Assembly (NCBI RefSeq): GCF_009914755.1
Contig: NC_060931.1
DNA from: the human T2T-CHM13v2.0 reference genome, Homo sapiens
DNA: 64,000 bases
Reading direction: 5' to 3' (one strand)
In this document: piece by piece, positions 29,488-44,939 of the stretch
How positions within the stretch are numbered: position 1 is the stretch's first letter
Layout: every line of letters starts with the position of its first letter
Notes under the pieces: generated by a model
What the model was told of the DNA's origin: nothing
Databases searched by the model: none
What the model saw: the letters and a program-made list of their open reading frames with translations, nothing else
Program-made: the position numbers and the translations under genes

Positions 29488-31110
29488 AATCCAGTCCCTG
29501 GCTCTGTGAGTTGATCAGTGACAGTAAGACAACAAGAACTCGATCTCATTGTGGTCAAAACCGCAGCAGATTTTGTTCTGCATACAACAGCGGCACCAAT
29601 TTTTTAAAAATGATTTCCAAACCCCCTGCAATACTGGGTTATGCCTACCAAATGCCAAGCAATAAATAGCAAAATAGGGGGGGAGAAATATCAAACAAAT
29701 GGGTGTTTGAGCATCATAGAGAAAAAGTAATTAGATCCAGCCATATCCATCTGTGTGTCGAGACACACCAACCCGTCCTGTGCTTTCATTCTGAGCAGAG
29801 AGTACTGATTAATTGCCAGGTTCTCAAGCTCTTTAAAGTCTGTTTTTAAACTCAAAGGTCTCACATTTTGAAACACAAATGTTTTGGGTTTTACACATCG
29901 TGGCCTGGTGTGTTTGTCGTGCACCAATTCCAGACATATCAGCAGTCCCCCACAAAAGGCAAAAATGGAAGGGATGGCGTTCTAGCCAAATGATTCTTCA
30001 TTCATGTACTCGCCTTTGGATTGAATATACTCTTTGCTGGAGGGTTTGGGGAAGGTAAAGCCGCATGATCCCCTGTTTAGGAGGACACAGAGGCAGGGCT
30101 GCCCCCTTGTCCCTGAAAAAACATGGCAGCTGGGTTCACTTCTCTTTACATTGTCCTCCTGGGAGCTGAGTCCTAGGCGGGGGACTCTGGGCCCAGCAAG
30201 ACAGAAGCTACAGTTCCCTCAAGACAAGTTGTCAGGAGGAAAGATGTTCATGTGTCAACACCACAAAGAGATTTTCATGGGGATTACAATGAAAAGATTC
30301 CATCCAGTGTGGATCTGCTTCCCTTTAGCTATAAAGCTTGCATGCCCACTCTGTAACTGACACGCAAATTGGAGTGACTGTAACTTTATAGAAATAGAGC
30401 AGCCAGTTATATTGATAATAAAAATAGCTGACATTTATTGGGCACTTACCAACTACTGAATCCCTTCTGCGATCTCTCAGCTGCGTGCAGTCCAGAAAAC
30501 AGAGTCCATGTCAGGGAGTGCGATCGTGGAAATTAAATAAGGGGAAACTAGATATGAACATGTGGAAACAGGGAGATGAACTGTCCCAGAGACTAGAGAG
30601 AGCAGGAAGATGCTGCTCCCTCTGACTTTTTCATTCAACCCCTCCAGCCACACTCAGAGTAACACAGGCCAATGGTGATATTGCCAGCTATGATCTTTGT
30701 GCTGTTTGCTGTTCATTACCTTTGTAGTCCTGGCCGCCCCTTCTCTGGAGAAATTCCACTGATTTGGGTTCCCCATCTCCTGCTTTCTTACATTGACTTA
30801 ATTTGTTTTCTCTCTGTGCTACCAAAATTCCCAGAGAGGCAAAACTAAGTTAAAATTCAGCATGTGGTCTTCCCACCAGAATAGAAGCTCCTTGAAGGTA
30901 AGAACCTTGAATAAGTTATCCCTAGTTCCTTGAAGAGTGTTGCTTTGTTCAAATCAGGTGCTCAGTAAATACTAGTTAAATGAATTGATGAACTAATGGT
31001 TACGGTATGTGACTTTCCTGACTATTTTAGATGTAGAAAAAAACATTCCTCTGACATTTCTTAAGCTCCAAAGCATTGCATAATTACAGGCTAATAAAAA
31101 TTTAAATTAA

Positions 31111-31555
<445 letters not shown>

Positions 31556-31769
31556 CTACTTAATATATCATATTGCTCCTTGGTATTCTTTTTCTTACCT
31601 TTGCTAATATCCTGGCTATTCATCCACATAAATTTATTTGAACATTCTAGAATTCATTAAAATAGGCTAACAGCAAATAACCAGATTATAATGGCTGTTA
31701 GTAGTCATTGAAAAAGAAGCTATATTTTTGGGGGGCTATTTGAAACTATGATTTGGCTTTTTGGGTTTT

Positions 31770-31900
31770 TAAAATTTTTTTACTTTTTTAGAGAATGGTC
31801 TCATTATGTTGCCCAGGCTGGTCTCAAACTCCTGGGCTCAAGTGATCCTTCTGCCTCAGCTCCGCAAAGCGCTGGGATTGCACACATGAGCCACCATGCC
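31770..31900 (-). mobile_element. Alu monomer (FLAM-like)
   Basis: Single left-arm sequence. Confidence 0.8.
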
Positions 31901-32278
31901 CACAAAAGGAAGCCATTGTTAAGCCAGTTTTAGTTCAGATTTTTTGGGTTTCCTTGTTGTTTGGGGAGGTGGTCTGTACATATGCATGGCCTCTATAATT
32001 ATTCTCAAATGCAATTACATTTCCAAAGGGAAATTCTTCTCTAGCCTCAGCATCTGGACCAGCAAGTTCATGGAACACCGGATGAGAAGGTCAAGAACTG
32101 GTTTCCATCACACTGATGACTGTGCAGTGAACATATGTTCCAAAATGTTAATTGTAGCGGGATTAGAGCTGAGCGTTTTTGTGTATTTGTCTAAATTTTC
32201 CACTTTGCATACTGTACTATCTTGATTACAGATTTGATCATAGATTATACTATAGATACATTATCCTTTAGTATATTA

Positions 32279-32569
<291 letters not shown>

Positions 32570-33368
32570 TTAAAAACATCATTTTTCTTTTTGTCAGAAG
32601 TAAGCATTTTTCAAGTGTAGATAAGAAAGTCAAACCAGAGTCAAAACATAAAATAAATCCAGGACTGAATCTTAAACAAGCACACAGACCCCCAGAGACC
32701 ATGGATATGCTCTGAGTGGGCCATATATTTGGCTCTAAGGTTTCAGCAGCCAAGTGAAAAAAAAGATACCTGAGAGGTTCCACAGCTCCAACCATCAGAC
32801 AGAAACAGACCAATTATCCCAGAGAGGTATAATATTTCTTGACTCTGGGCCCAGACAGAAACTTATCTTATAAACTCTCAGAAGAAGGCAGATTCTGCTA
32901 GTAGCAAGTTACGTTGTTCAAATCGGCTGAGCTTACGGGCCAAGTTGCTCAGACATCATCTCACCATTGCCTCTTGAGTTCGCCAAACCAACGCAGAGCT
33001 GCTACGGGGGCCACCTTCTCCATCACTTGTACCCCACTCTGTTTTTCTGCTGTCCATATGCTGACACTTGATCCTCCTCCTGGCTCTCTCCTGCCCAGTC
33101 CTCCCAGTTCCATCCAATATTTAGCTACTTTCCCAGCTCCACATGGTAGATTTGGTTCTCTGAACTCAGCGGAGCTTTTTCCCATCACAGAAGCAGCTCT
33201 GAAAACAACCAGCCTTCAAACTCCCTGTACCTGTTTATGGCCTTCATGCCGGCTCACCCCAGGCATGGCCCTGTTCACTCTGCCCTCTTGGCCTTCTAAC
33301 CAGTCACCCATGGGAGAAATCAGAGACAGCAAACAGCTACTGCCCGGCATGATCAGATGGCATCCAGA

Positions 33369-33612
33369 CCAGTGCCCCTCGCAGCTGGTGCAAGTCCACA
33401 ATTGCTTGTTACTGGCCCACAAAGAAAAGAGCAGAAACTGATGGCAAGCATGTCAAACTGTGATGGCATTGCCACCATAGCCGAGTGCAGAAACACCAGA
33501 CTTGTGTTGTTGTGCAAGGTATTGACAATTTCAGGTATGGCTGACTCCAAGTGAGTCATGTGTAGGCTGAGCTACCTACCAGTCATATCCAGGAGGATAC
33601 TTATCAGTGACT
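33369..33612. mobile_element. hAT-Charlie fossil (MER119-like)
   Basis: 'cagtgcc...gtccacaattgcttgttactggcccac' resembles the recalled MER119 end. Confidence 0.4.
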
Positions 33613-34019
33613 GATGGATTGGAGATCTTTCTCCAAGTTGGCTTGGGAAATGCCATCTAGAGCCCTGCAATCACAGAAAATCTCTTGTCTCACCATAATA
33701 GCTCTATTAATTATTGCCTTCTCATTGCTCTGCAGGTATTGTGCTAGACAAATTGCATATGTCCTCTCATGTAATTACACCAACTCTCGAAGATAAATAC
33801 TGTTGAAAACCCCATTTCGTGATTAACGCAATGGAGTCCCAGGGAAGTTCCATAGGTCACCCTAGATCTTGTAGATGGCAATGTTGGTAAATCAGGAATT
33901 CAGACCCAAGAGTCTGTTTGAATCCAAAACTCATGCATTTACTATTGTCCTTCACAGAGTGGCACAGCAGCATCTGCTGAATATAAGGAATTGGTAGGAA
34001 ACCCTAGGCTGTTTTCTCC

Positions 34020-34325
34020 TAATGGGGAGGAAGTGAGGGGTAGCTGTCTCTCCTACCTTCTCCACCTTAGCTCTTAACAGTTAGAGCCTGTTATTCCTGA
34101 TTTTAAAACAATTGTTCCCATGGCAACACCCTAGCAGCTTCTCTTAGCAACCATGGCTATCTTTCGCAATTTTAACAAAGTTGGTTCAAATAGAAAATTG
34201 CGTTTAGAAAGAATTGGCAGAGGCAAAACCTAAATGACCAGTTAAACAGCGCTTAACTTTTCATACCTCTTAAGAAATTCATAGCAAAGTTTGAAAACAA
34301 CTAGAAAGCAGTTATGCCAACCTGT
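34020..34325. promoter_or_regulatory. Candidate enhancer/promoter: RFX X-box with MYB, ETS and C/EBP motifs
   Basis: GTTCCCATGGCAAC 34114-34127; second X-box-like CTTCTCTTAGCAAC 34138-34151; CAGTTA at 34078, 34239 and 34309; GAGGAAGTG 34027-34035; TTTCGCAAT 34162-34170. Confidence 0.45.
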
Positions 34326-34394
34326 ATGAGGCATGAAAAGGGAAAAGTCCAGGCTTTCAGAGGCTGGGAGAGTTTTGAATCTAAAATGCAATAA

Positions 34395-34760
<366 letters not shown>

Positions 34761-35204
34761 AATTGTGTTGGTTTTCTATTGCTGTTGTGACAAATTGTCA
34801 CCTACTTAGCGGCTTAAAAAAATACCAATTTATCATACAATTCTGTAGATCAAAAAGTCTGCCTTGCAACTCACTAGGCTAAGATCAAGGTGTTGGTAGG
34901 GTGCAGTGATTTCTGGAAGCTCTAAGGAAGAGTACTTTTTCTTGTCTTTTCAAGTTTCTAGAAGCAGCCAGCTTTCCTTACCTCATGGCCCCCTCCTCCT
35001 TCTTCAAAGCAAGCAACGTTTAGCTGAGGCCTCAAACTGCCACCTCTTTGATGTCTCTTCTGATTCCCTCTTCTAATGTTAAGGATAATCTATTTTGAAG
35101 TCAGCTGATTGGCAATCTGAAGCCCATCTGCACTCTTACTGCACTCTTAATTCCTCTTGGCCATGTAACCTATCATAATCCCAAGTTCCAGAAGATGTTC
35201 AGAT

Positions 35205-35505
<301 letters not shown>

Positions 35506-35510
35506 CAATG

Positions 35511-35560
35511 TGCAATTACTTTTAATGCAAAAAATTGTAATTCCTTTTGCACCAACCTAA
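35511..35560. mobile_element. MADE1 (Hsmar1-derived MITE), one terminal repeat only
   Basis: 'attacttttaatgcaaaaaattgtaattccttttgcaccaacctaa' followed by TA. Confidence 0.85.
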
Positions 35561-36414
35561 TAGAGTGTGTCTGTCTTGGTGGAGCTGTTATTCCCCCGAC
35601 CACAGTAGATACAACAGCATAGGCAGGTTTTTCCAATGAGGAAGAGAATAGTGAGGCTTCTCCTGTCATTTCTCTAGCTCGTGTCCAGGAGCATAGCATG
35701 TCCTCACCCTCAGGTACCATGTCTTTTTGGTGTCTTCCTCTTGCCTATTCTGGCTATTGGCTAAAGTCCACCCTTATGAAGAAAAACAAACAAACAAACA
35801 TGTAACCCAGAATCTTTTCCCCAATCTTTGCCCCAAATTAGTGCAGAGGAGGGTCTGTAGAACAAGGCTCAGCCACGTGAGGGATTGTTACAAGGAGACA
35901 GGGGGGTTCTGATGTTAGGGAGACTGGCCTAGACAATCACATTCTCGTGGAAGAACAAGGACAAGGTTGTCTGCCAGTGTGGGATGAGCCCGGGTGGATC
36001 ACGATGGACTCAGAGCTGCTGATGTTTAACTGAAGAAAAGGGAGATGGAGGCCAAACAAAACAAAGGGGGCTTTCTCCAAGAAGTGCCAACCTTCTCTGT
36101 AACACTGCCCCAATGATCCCACAAAGACTTATATAGGAGGACAGGAAACAAATCCCCACGGTAACCGATAAAAAGAAACCCAAAGCCATCACTTACCGGG
36201 GGAAATGGCTTCCAATGCTGGTTCCTTAAAGAATGAACAAGAACATCCTTGAATCCTGTAGCCAGCTATCTATGGGAACACCCTGGAGGGCATGATGAGA
36301 AGAAGAACCCTTATGAGCCTCATGCCCTAGCTGGAGAGGAGAGAAATGCACTCACCAACAAAGTGAATTTACAATTGCAGACACACTCTGTTACAGGCCA
36401 AATAATTGTGAGCT

Positions 36415-36706
36415 CCTTTCTTTTTCTTTCCTTTTCTTTTTTTTTTTTTTTTTTTTTTTTTGAGATGGAGTCCCCTGTTGTCCAGTCTGGAGCACAGCGG
36501 CATGATCTCAGCTCACTGCAACCTCTGCCTCCTGGGTTCTGCCTCAAGCTATTCTGCCTCAGCCTCCTGAGTAGCTGGGATTACAGGCACCTGTCACCAC
36601 GCCTGGCTGATTTTTGTATTTTTAGTAGAGATGGGGTTTCCCCATGTTGGCCAGGCTGGTCTTGAACTCCTGACCTGAAGTGATCCACTCGCCTTGGACT
36701 CCCAAA
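36415..36706 (-). mobile_element. AluS, 5'-truncated
   Basis: Alu dimer lacking its first ~35 nt. Confidence 0.85.
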
Positions 36707-37190
<484 letters not shown>

Positions 37191-38165
37191 CGAGATGCTT
37201 TTTAAAAAGCTAGAGGAGTTTGGAAGAAGGCAGGGGTCCCTGTGGCCTGGGGAGAGAGGGAGAGAGGTCAGCAGAGACAGGCGAGAAAGCAATAAGGCAT
37301 TGGGGGTAGGCTCTGCACTCACCAGCTGTGTGACTCAGGACAAGTGACTTAACCTCTCGTGCCTCAGTTTCCCTCTCTGTGGAAAGGCAATGATGTTAGG
37401 ACTCTCAGATGATAGCTGTGATGCAAGCCCTGTGCACAGTGCCAGGAACGTGTTAAGCATACTCCATGTCAGCTTTTAGGCTGCTGTTGTCACTCTGAGG
37501 ACGCTGAAGACTTTGTGGAAAGAGTGGCCTTGAAGCTAGGACTTAAAGGGTTGGCCAGGCAGGGACGAAAGCAAAGGTCACGACAAGGCGTGAGGTGCAT
37601 TTAGGTGCAAGAACAGCCCAGCTGGCATATGTGGAGGAGCCTCAGGGCTTCTGTTGAACCAGGAGGCTGGGGTCAGATTATACAGTGGTTCTAACGGCTG
37701 CCTAAAAATCCCCCAGAGAGTCTCCAAATGAATGGGATCAAAAGAGAGACCACAGGCCATTTGCAGCTTGCAGGGATATTCTGGAATGTGTTGTTTTCTA
37801 GAAACAGGTTAGAGATCCTGGGCCCCAATCATGCCTTGACGACCCTCTGAGCCTATTTCCTCACTTTTTAAAGAGAAGGGTGACAGTCACCTTCCTCCAA
37901 GAGGAGGAGTGAGGATCAAATAAGGGAATGACTTTGAAGTGCTCGGCACAGTGTCTGGGTACAGTAAGTGCTCAAAAGGTATTGCTATTATTATTCCAAA
38001 GAATGCATCTCATCTTTCTAGTGGTTTTCCAAATGTGTTTCTGGTGATTTTAACAGAGAAACATTTTTTTTCTTAAAGAAACCTCATATGGTAAAAGAGG
38101 CAGGTCTGGTGGACTTGAGGGTTCAAATCCCAGAATCCTTTTTTCTTAGGCGTCTCTCTCCTCTG

Positions 38166-38558
38166 TGTTAAAAGAAAAAACTTAGCCAAATTAAATGCAA
38201 CAGAGTTTAGTTGAGCAAAGAATGACTCAGGAATCAGGCAGAATCTCAAGCCAGAGTAGGCTGAGAGAGGCTCCAATGCAGCCACGTGGTGGGAGATTTA
38301 TGGACAGAAAAGGGAAAATGATGTAGAGAAAACAGAAGTGAGGTACAGAAACAGCTGGATTGGTTACAGCTTGGTGTTTGCCAACACCGTTTGAGCCATT
38401 GGCTGCATTTGATTGGCCAAAACTCATTGATTGGCACAAGAGTAAGTTACAGTCTGTTTACACCTCCATCTAGGTGGTAGTTCACTATGTACAGAGAAAC
38501 CTTTAGGCCAAACTTAAAATATGTAAGGATGCAGCTTTAGGCTAAACTTGACTTAATG
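38166..38558 (-). mobile_element. MER57-family solo LTR (ERV1)
   Basis: tgttaaaagaaaaaacttag...ctttaggctaaacttgacttaa; multiple CCAAT (attgg) boxes. Confidence 0.8.
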
Positions 38559-38560
38559 TC

Positions 38561-39435
38561 TGTAAACCAAAAACAATATTCTAAGCACCCTCTGGCTGAC
38601 TGAACAGACCCCTTCTTGGCCAAGGGGACTGCAGATAAACCTGAAAAACTGAATCCCCAGCCATGATGGGGAAATTGGACACAACTCATTACACCCCCTC
38701 CCTTTGGAGTTTAGGTACAACTGTCCAGCATTAACATTAAAATAGAGATCATAAGACTGACAAAATTGACTCTTTGTGGCAATAAGATACCAAATTCCAA
38801 CTTGATTCCGGTATAGCATCACATGTCAGATAGCAGACCCTAAAGGAAATAAAACTATTTTACCCCAAAATATATTTCTTTGACATATTTTGAAATAGCC
38901 ATGCAAAGCTGTCTTTGGTGGGGGAAATTTGCACTTGTAGAGAATCTCCATTAATGCAACCAGGACTTTCCTGGGTCTAGGAGACATTAACTAAGATCCT
39001 GACACCTTTTTAACTCCAAAAATAGGCATTTACCATCCATTCTCTCTGAAGCCTGCTACCTGGAGGCTTCATCCACATAACAAGAACCTTGGTCTCCACA
39101 ACCTCCCTTATCTTAATGCAAACATTTCTTTCCACCAACTTCAAGTCTTTAGATAAAGCGTAACTCATCAAACAATATCTTGGAATCTACCTATAACCTG
39201 CAAGCCTCTGCTTCGAGATGTCCTGCCTTTTCAGGCCTGAACCAATGTAAACCTTCCATGTATTGATTTATGTATTTTCCTGTAACTTCTGTCTCCCTAA
39301 AACTTCTGTCTCCCAACTGCCTTGGACACACTTTCTCAGGACCTTTTGAGACTCTTCCCTGGAGCCATGGTCACTCATATTGGCTCAGAATAAACCTCTT
39401 TAAATGTTTCATGGAGTTTAGATTCTCCATCAACA
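38561..39435 (+). mobile_element. MER4D/E-family solo LTR (ERV1)
   Basis: tgtaaaccaaaaacaatattctaagc...aataaacctc...catcaaca. Confidence 0.8.
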
Positions 39436-39796
39436 CCCTCAAGGAGCCTCCCTGGAGAAGGGCCTTTCAGTGGTCTTCTGACCTGGTCTAGCTCCTCCAC
39501 TGGGGAGGCCCATAGAGGAGGATGACTTGGCTAGAGCCACATCTTGTAGCCTCTTCATCTGGGACTAAGTCTGGTTTCTGAACCACCAGTTCAACAAAAA
39601 ACCACTTCACTAAGTCAGTTCGATGAAAATCAATGCACTTTACATTATTCCACCAAATGCCAAGTCACCAAATGACTAATTTCTGAGTTTTCCAAATCAT
39701 CAATAAATTGCTATTTAAACTCTTGATTAGGTTTGCCACAATTCACGTTGGATCCATGGGCAGAAATGTGGGGACCCTGGACACAATCCAGATACC

Positions 39797-40509
39797 TATA
39801 ATCACCCAATGGGTTCATTTGCCTGCTGCCCACATAAAGCCAATTTATCATGACAGGAGAATTGCAATAGAGAAAGAGTTTGATTCATGCAGAGGGGGCT
39901 GAACAGGAGCCTGGAGTTTTATTACTCAAATCAGTTGCCTTGAAAATTTGGAGACTAGGGTCTCTCAAAGATAGTTTGGTGGGCAGGGAGCCAGGCAGTG
40001 GGGCATGCTGATTTGTTGGGTCAGAGATGAAATCATAGGCAGCCAAATCTGTCCTCTTGCACTGAGTTGGTACCTGGGTGGGAGCCACAGTACTGGTTGG
40101 TGAGTCCAGGTGGAGCCATCAGTCATCAGAAATGCAAAAACCTGAAAAGTCATCTCAAAAGGCCAATCTTGGTTTCTACAATAGTGATGTTATCTGCAGG
40201 AATAACTGGGCAAGTTGCAATATCTTGTGATTTCTGGAATAATGGCTGGTAATCATCGAACTGTACTTACACCTTAGAGAATAGAGGCCCTTCTCATCCT
40301 CCTAACTTAGTGGCCTTTCATTAGTTTTACAAGGGCAGTTTAGTTTAGGGGAAGGGCTATTTTATAAACTATAAACTAAATTTACCACAAAGTTAGCTTG
40401 GCCCATGCCCAGGAATGAGGAAACATAGCCAACATGTGAGACTAGAAGCAAGATGAAGTCAGCCATGTCAGATTTCACTTACTGTCATAATTTTGCAAAG
40501 ATGGTTTCA
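39797..40509 (-). mobile_element. LTR8A-like solo LTR
   Basis: Reverse complement begins tgaaaccatctttgcaaaattatgacagtaag; TSD TACC (39793-39796/40510-40513). Confidence 0.85.
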
Positions 40510-41041
40510 TACCTTCACATCCCCAGCATATCCCTTGGGTCTCCCTCTTACTGCCCCCAGTTCCCACCCACTCTACCATTAGTCTGCACCCCCACCACCC
40601 TGAGTATCTTCCTCTACCTCTCAAAGTGCTGGGCTCCTCATTCTATCCTCCAGCCTCCGTCCTCTCCATTTACACTGCCCCAGCCTGTGATACTGTGTTA
40701 TAATCAAAAATAGATATTTGGTCTTTGTCTCTGGTTCTTGGCACAGATCTTCTAAAACCCTTAGAATTTTCTGAGTGATGAAGGTGGGAGGAGCATCTTT
40801 TGTTATTCTTAGCAAGTTCTTTAGTCATACCTGAGTTTCTGCTAATGAGGTGACTGTCAGATGATGGGAGCTGGTTGTCAGAGAAACCACCTATGTAATT
40901 AGAAGATTGGAACTTTTAGCCCCACTCTCCCATATTCCCCCAAATCATCAATAACTTGTTATTGGAAGTGGAGAGTGGATGGAGATTGAGTTCAATCACC
41001 AATGGCCAATGACTTCAGCAATCATGCCCACATAATGAAAC

Positions 41042-41542
41042 TGTAACAGGACCACCAGATTCGTATGCACACTGCACAGTAACAGACCAATACACTGAGA
41101 CAACAGGGTTTGCAGCAGAGAAAGAGTCTAATGATCACAGGGAAGCCAAATGAGGAGACAGGAGGAACGCTCAAAACCATCTCTCCAAGGAGTTCTGGGC
41201 TGGGAATTTTGAGGGGACCATGGCAGGCAAGGGACTGGAAAATTGGGATCATTGACTGGTTGAGGAAAGGGGGATGAAATCATCAGGAAGTGGAAACTGC
41301 ATTCTTTGGTGAGTCAGCTCCTTGTGGGATCCTTCAGACCAGCTGATGTCAGTAGTTTCATTGGTATGCAAGACCTGAAAGAATATCTCAAAGAGAAAAT
41401 GCAGTGTTTCAGAATACTTAAGTTGTTATCTATAGAGCTGTTAAGAGGACAGGGTCTGTGTGATTCTGGGGCAAGAGTCACCAAGCAACTGTGAGGAAGC
41501 AGGTCAGAGAGCAAGGTGACCAAATGTGTAGGGATGGTTTCA
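41042..41542 (-). mobile_element. ERV1 solo LTR, same family as 2245-3055, with internal deletion
   Basis: Collinear with 2245-3055; tgtaacagg...ggtttca; TSD aaac/gaac. Confidence 0.8.
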
Positions 41543-42027
41543 GAACTTCCATAAAAAACCCCAATGAACAGGATTCAGGGAGCTTCTGGGCTGGTGAACT
41601 CATTGTGGTGCTGGGAGGGTGGTGTGCCCAGAGAGGGTATCGAAGCTCTGCAAACCTTCCCCACACCTTCCTCTATGCACCACTGCATCTGCCTGTTTAT
41701 TGATATCCTTTATAATAAACCATTATATGTAAGCAAAGTGTTTTCCTGAGGTCTGTGAGCCTTTATAGCAAAGTATCAAAACTGAGGAGAGGGCTGTAGG
41801 AGCCCTGATTTGTAGCCAGGTCAGACTGGAAACCCATTACTTACCATTGGCATCTGAAGTAGGGGCAATCTTGTGGGACTGAGCCCTTAACCTGTGGGGT
41901 CTGCACTAACTAAAGGTAGTTAGTGTCAGAATTAAATTAACTGTAGGATACCAGTTGGTGTCTGGAGAGTTGGAGGCTTAGCTAGTACGGGAGGGAAAAT
42001 CTACACATTTGGTGTCAGATGTATGTG

Positions 42028-42320
42028 CAGGCATGGTGGCTGATGCCTGTAATCCCAGCACTTTGGGAGGTCAAGGCAGGTGGATCACCTGAGGCCAGGA
42101 GTTCGAGACCAGACTAGCCACCATGATGAAACCCCATTTCTACTAAAAATACAAAAATTAGCCAGGCAGGGTGGAGCACGCCTATAATCCTAGCTACTTG
42201 GGAAGCTGAGGCAGGAGAATCACTTGAATCTGTGAAGTGGAGGTGGCAGGAAGCCGAGATCATGCCACAAAACTCCAGCCTGGGCAACAGGGTGAGATTC
42301 TATCAAAAAAAAAAGAAGAA
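42028..42320 (+). mobile_element. AluS
   Basis: Alu dimer; TSD tatgtgca. Confidence 0.85.
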
Positions 42321-42630
42321 ATATGTGCAAAGAAAAAGTTTTCTTTGGAAGCTTTGTTTCTGCTTACTCTCTGCTTTCTGCTCTTTAGTGACTTCCTTAC
42401 TGGATCAGCAGCCAGGCTGTGTTCTCAGCTGACCTTTTTCTCTGTCTTCCTCCATCAGAGGGTCCCCTCTCTGATCCTGGCTCACTAAGCTCCAGCCATG
42501 GGGAGGTAGGATGAAGGCAAGATGAATAGTTCTTAAAAGCTTATTCCGAAGGCTAAATGAATGCTGATCACCTAAAATGTCACTGAAATTTTCTAAAGCG
42601 TAAGAAAGAAAGGAAGAAAAAAAAACTTTT

Positions 42631-42945
42631 GGCCAGGCATGGTGGCTCACGCCTGTAATCCCAGCACTTTGGGAGGCCGAGGCGGGCGGATCACAAGGTC
42701 AGGAGATCGAGACCATCCTGGCTAACACTGTGAAACCCTGTCCCTACTAAAAATACAAAAAATTAGCCAGGCGTGGTGGTGGGCACCTGTAGTCCCAGCT
42801 ACTCTACTCGGGAGGCTGAGGCAGGAGAATGGCATGAACATGGGAGGCGGAGCTTGCAGTGAGCCGAGATCAGGTCACTGCCCTCTAGCCTGGGTGACAG
42901 AGTGAGACTCCGTCTCCAAAAAAAAAAAAACAAACAAACAAAAAA
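42631..42945 (+). mobile_element. AluY
   Basis: Y diagnostics; CpGs largely retained. Confidence 0.9.
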
Positions 42946-43731
42946 CCATTTTATCCAACAGTTTAAAATAAATACTTTTTTTTTTGTAAATTTAATAAAT
43001 ACTTTAAATTTATTTGGCAAATTGATCATATAGTGACTCACCTGACAGCAAATTGATTTATGGAAAACTGACCTAGAACTGGAACTCAGACCCCAGATTT
43101 CCAGTCCAATTTACTTTCTTTGAAATATTTCTCAGTATTTTATTGTAAACCAAGTATGTCTTTCATAGGATGGTTACATTTGGTTTCTCTTCTCTCTTTA
43201 TTTTTGGCAACTTTTTTTTTCCAAAAATTTTGAAAAAAAATTGCACTCTCCCAATTTTTTGCAAACTTGCTTTCTTTTTAAAAATGCAATGTATTTAAGA
43301 TGTTAATGGCCTCATTTTAATTTGCATATATTCTTGTTAACGATGAAATCTACTTAATGTGAGTTGAAACTAAAAGCTTGTCAGGGTAATTCACAAACAT
43401 TTAAAAACTCTGTGGCAATTCTAGGAGGATTCCCTGTGAATATTCTTAAGGACTTTCAATGGATATATTAAGTAGGCCTTGGTATTAACAGAAATAGCAA
43501 ACAAATTAAAATTGGACTCTCGGTAACAATTGGGAGAAATGAATATTCACACACTTCAGCATGAAATTGAATCTAGTTGTCCTGGTGCCTCTTGCTCATT
43601 CAAGGAGAACATCTTTATTGAAGAACCATCATGTTAAGTGTCACTTAAGACTAGTATGGAGTCACCTGGCTTCAGTACATTTCTTTCAGAAATGCGCAAG
43701 AGGACAACATCAATCAAATTTAAAATAATTC

Positions 43732-44030
<299 letters not shown>

Positions 44031-44939
44031 TGCAACCCTCATTTGCCATTGATGTTAACCAGCAATCTCTATTTGGAGTATGCAGCACATTTTCATGTGG
44101 GCAACATAACTTACAGGAATATACATTTTATTATAATTCCAGCCCCAGAGACATCTCAAAATCCATTCTCAGGCCTTTGAGACTGTCCTGATGATCTATG
44201 AGTAATGTCTAAATGATCCCCCATTTCCACAGTGGATTACAACTTCAAGAACAGTGCCCATCGCTGTAAGGATGAATCCCTCTTCAGGTTTAATCTCTTT
44301 GAGAATTCAGTTTGTAGCAAAAGAAAAACACTTTCTTATGTATTTATACATTAAAAAATAAGGTTTAAAGTGGAGCTTTAATATGTGATCCCATTTAATC
44401 TTAACAATCTTTGGCAGTAGGTATCATCATCTCCACTCAGAGATAAGGGATCTGAAAGCTCAGAGAGGAAAAGTGATGTTTCTAAGTCCACACAGCTAAT
44501 GAAAGGGAGACAGGCATTACATTCGTCTCCAGGCTGTAAGACAATAATCAATAAGTTAAAGCAACAAACATACATCACTCATCATATACAGAGACTCTTC
44601 CTGATTGGAATTTCTGTGGGGAAAATGGGAGCTACACTGACTGACACTGATTTGACACCTCATCTATTACCTGAGTCATTTCAAATACTCCCTAATATGT
44701 CACCTTCCCTAAACCATTCTATTCACCCCTTGGTGCCACATCAATCTCTATGAAATGCTCATGTCACATCCCTGCTTAAAATCCCTTAAAAGAATCCCAG
44801 TCATCCTTAAGAATAAAGTCAGTTTTCCCAACAAGACGTCCAAAGCCATTTGCAGTCTACCCCCAGCCTCTCACCCTTCCTACTCCTAAACCCCCTAGAG
44901 TTCTGCCAGGTCTGGTTTCCTCTACCTGAGATGGTCTTT

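Larger units (their letters stand above)
40686..42345 (+). mobile_element. MER21-family LTR interrupted by a second LTR and an Alu
   Basis: tgtgatactgtgttataatc...atatttggtc...; 'atcaccaatggccaatga...aatcatgcc'; 'ctacacatttggtgtcaga'. Confidence 0.75.

Noticed and set aside
32914-33441. 175-aa ORF
   Set aside because: Non-ATG start, low-complexity Pro/Ser/Leu content, and it runs into a DNA-transposon relic.
33650-33885. CTCF-like AGATGGCA cores (33651-33664 minus strand, about 33868-33882 plus strand)
   Set aside because: The 5' halves match the CTCF consensus poorly.
39570-39740. Possible ancient DNA-transposon ends (also 43010-43080)
   Set aside because: Only vague similarity; no terminal inverted repeat/TSD pair could be established by eye.
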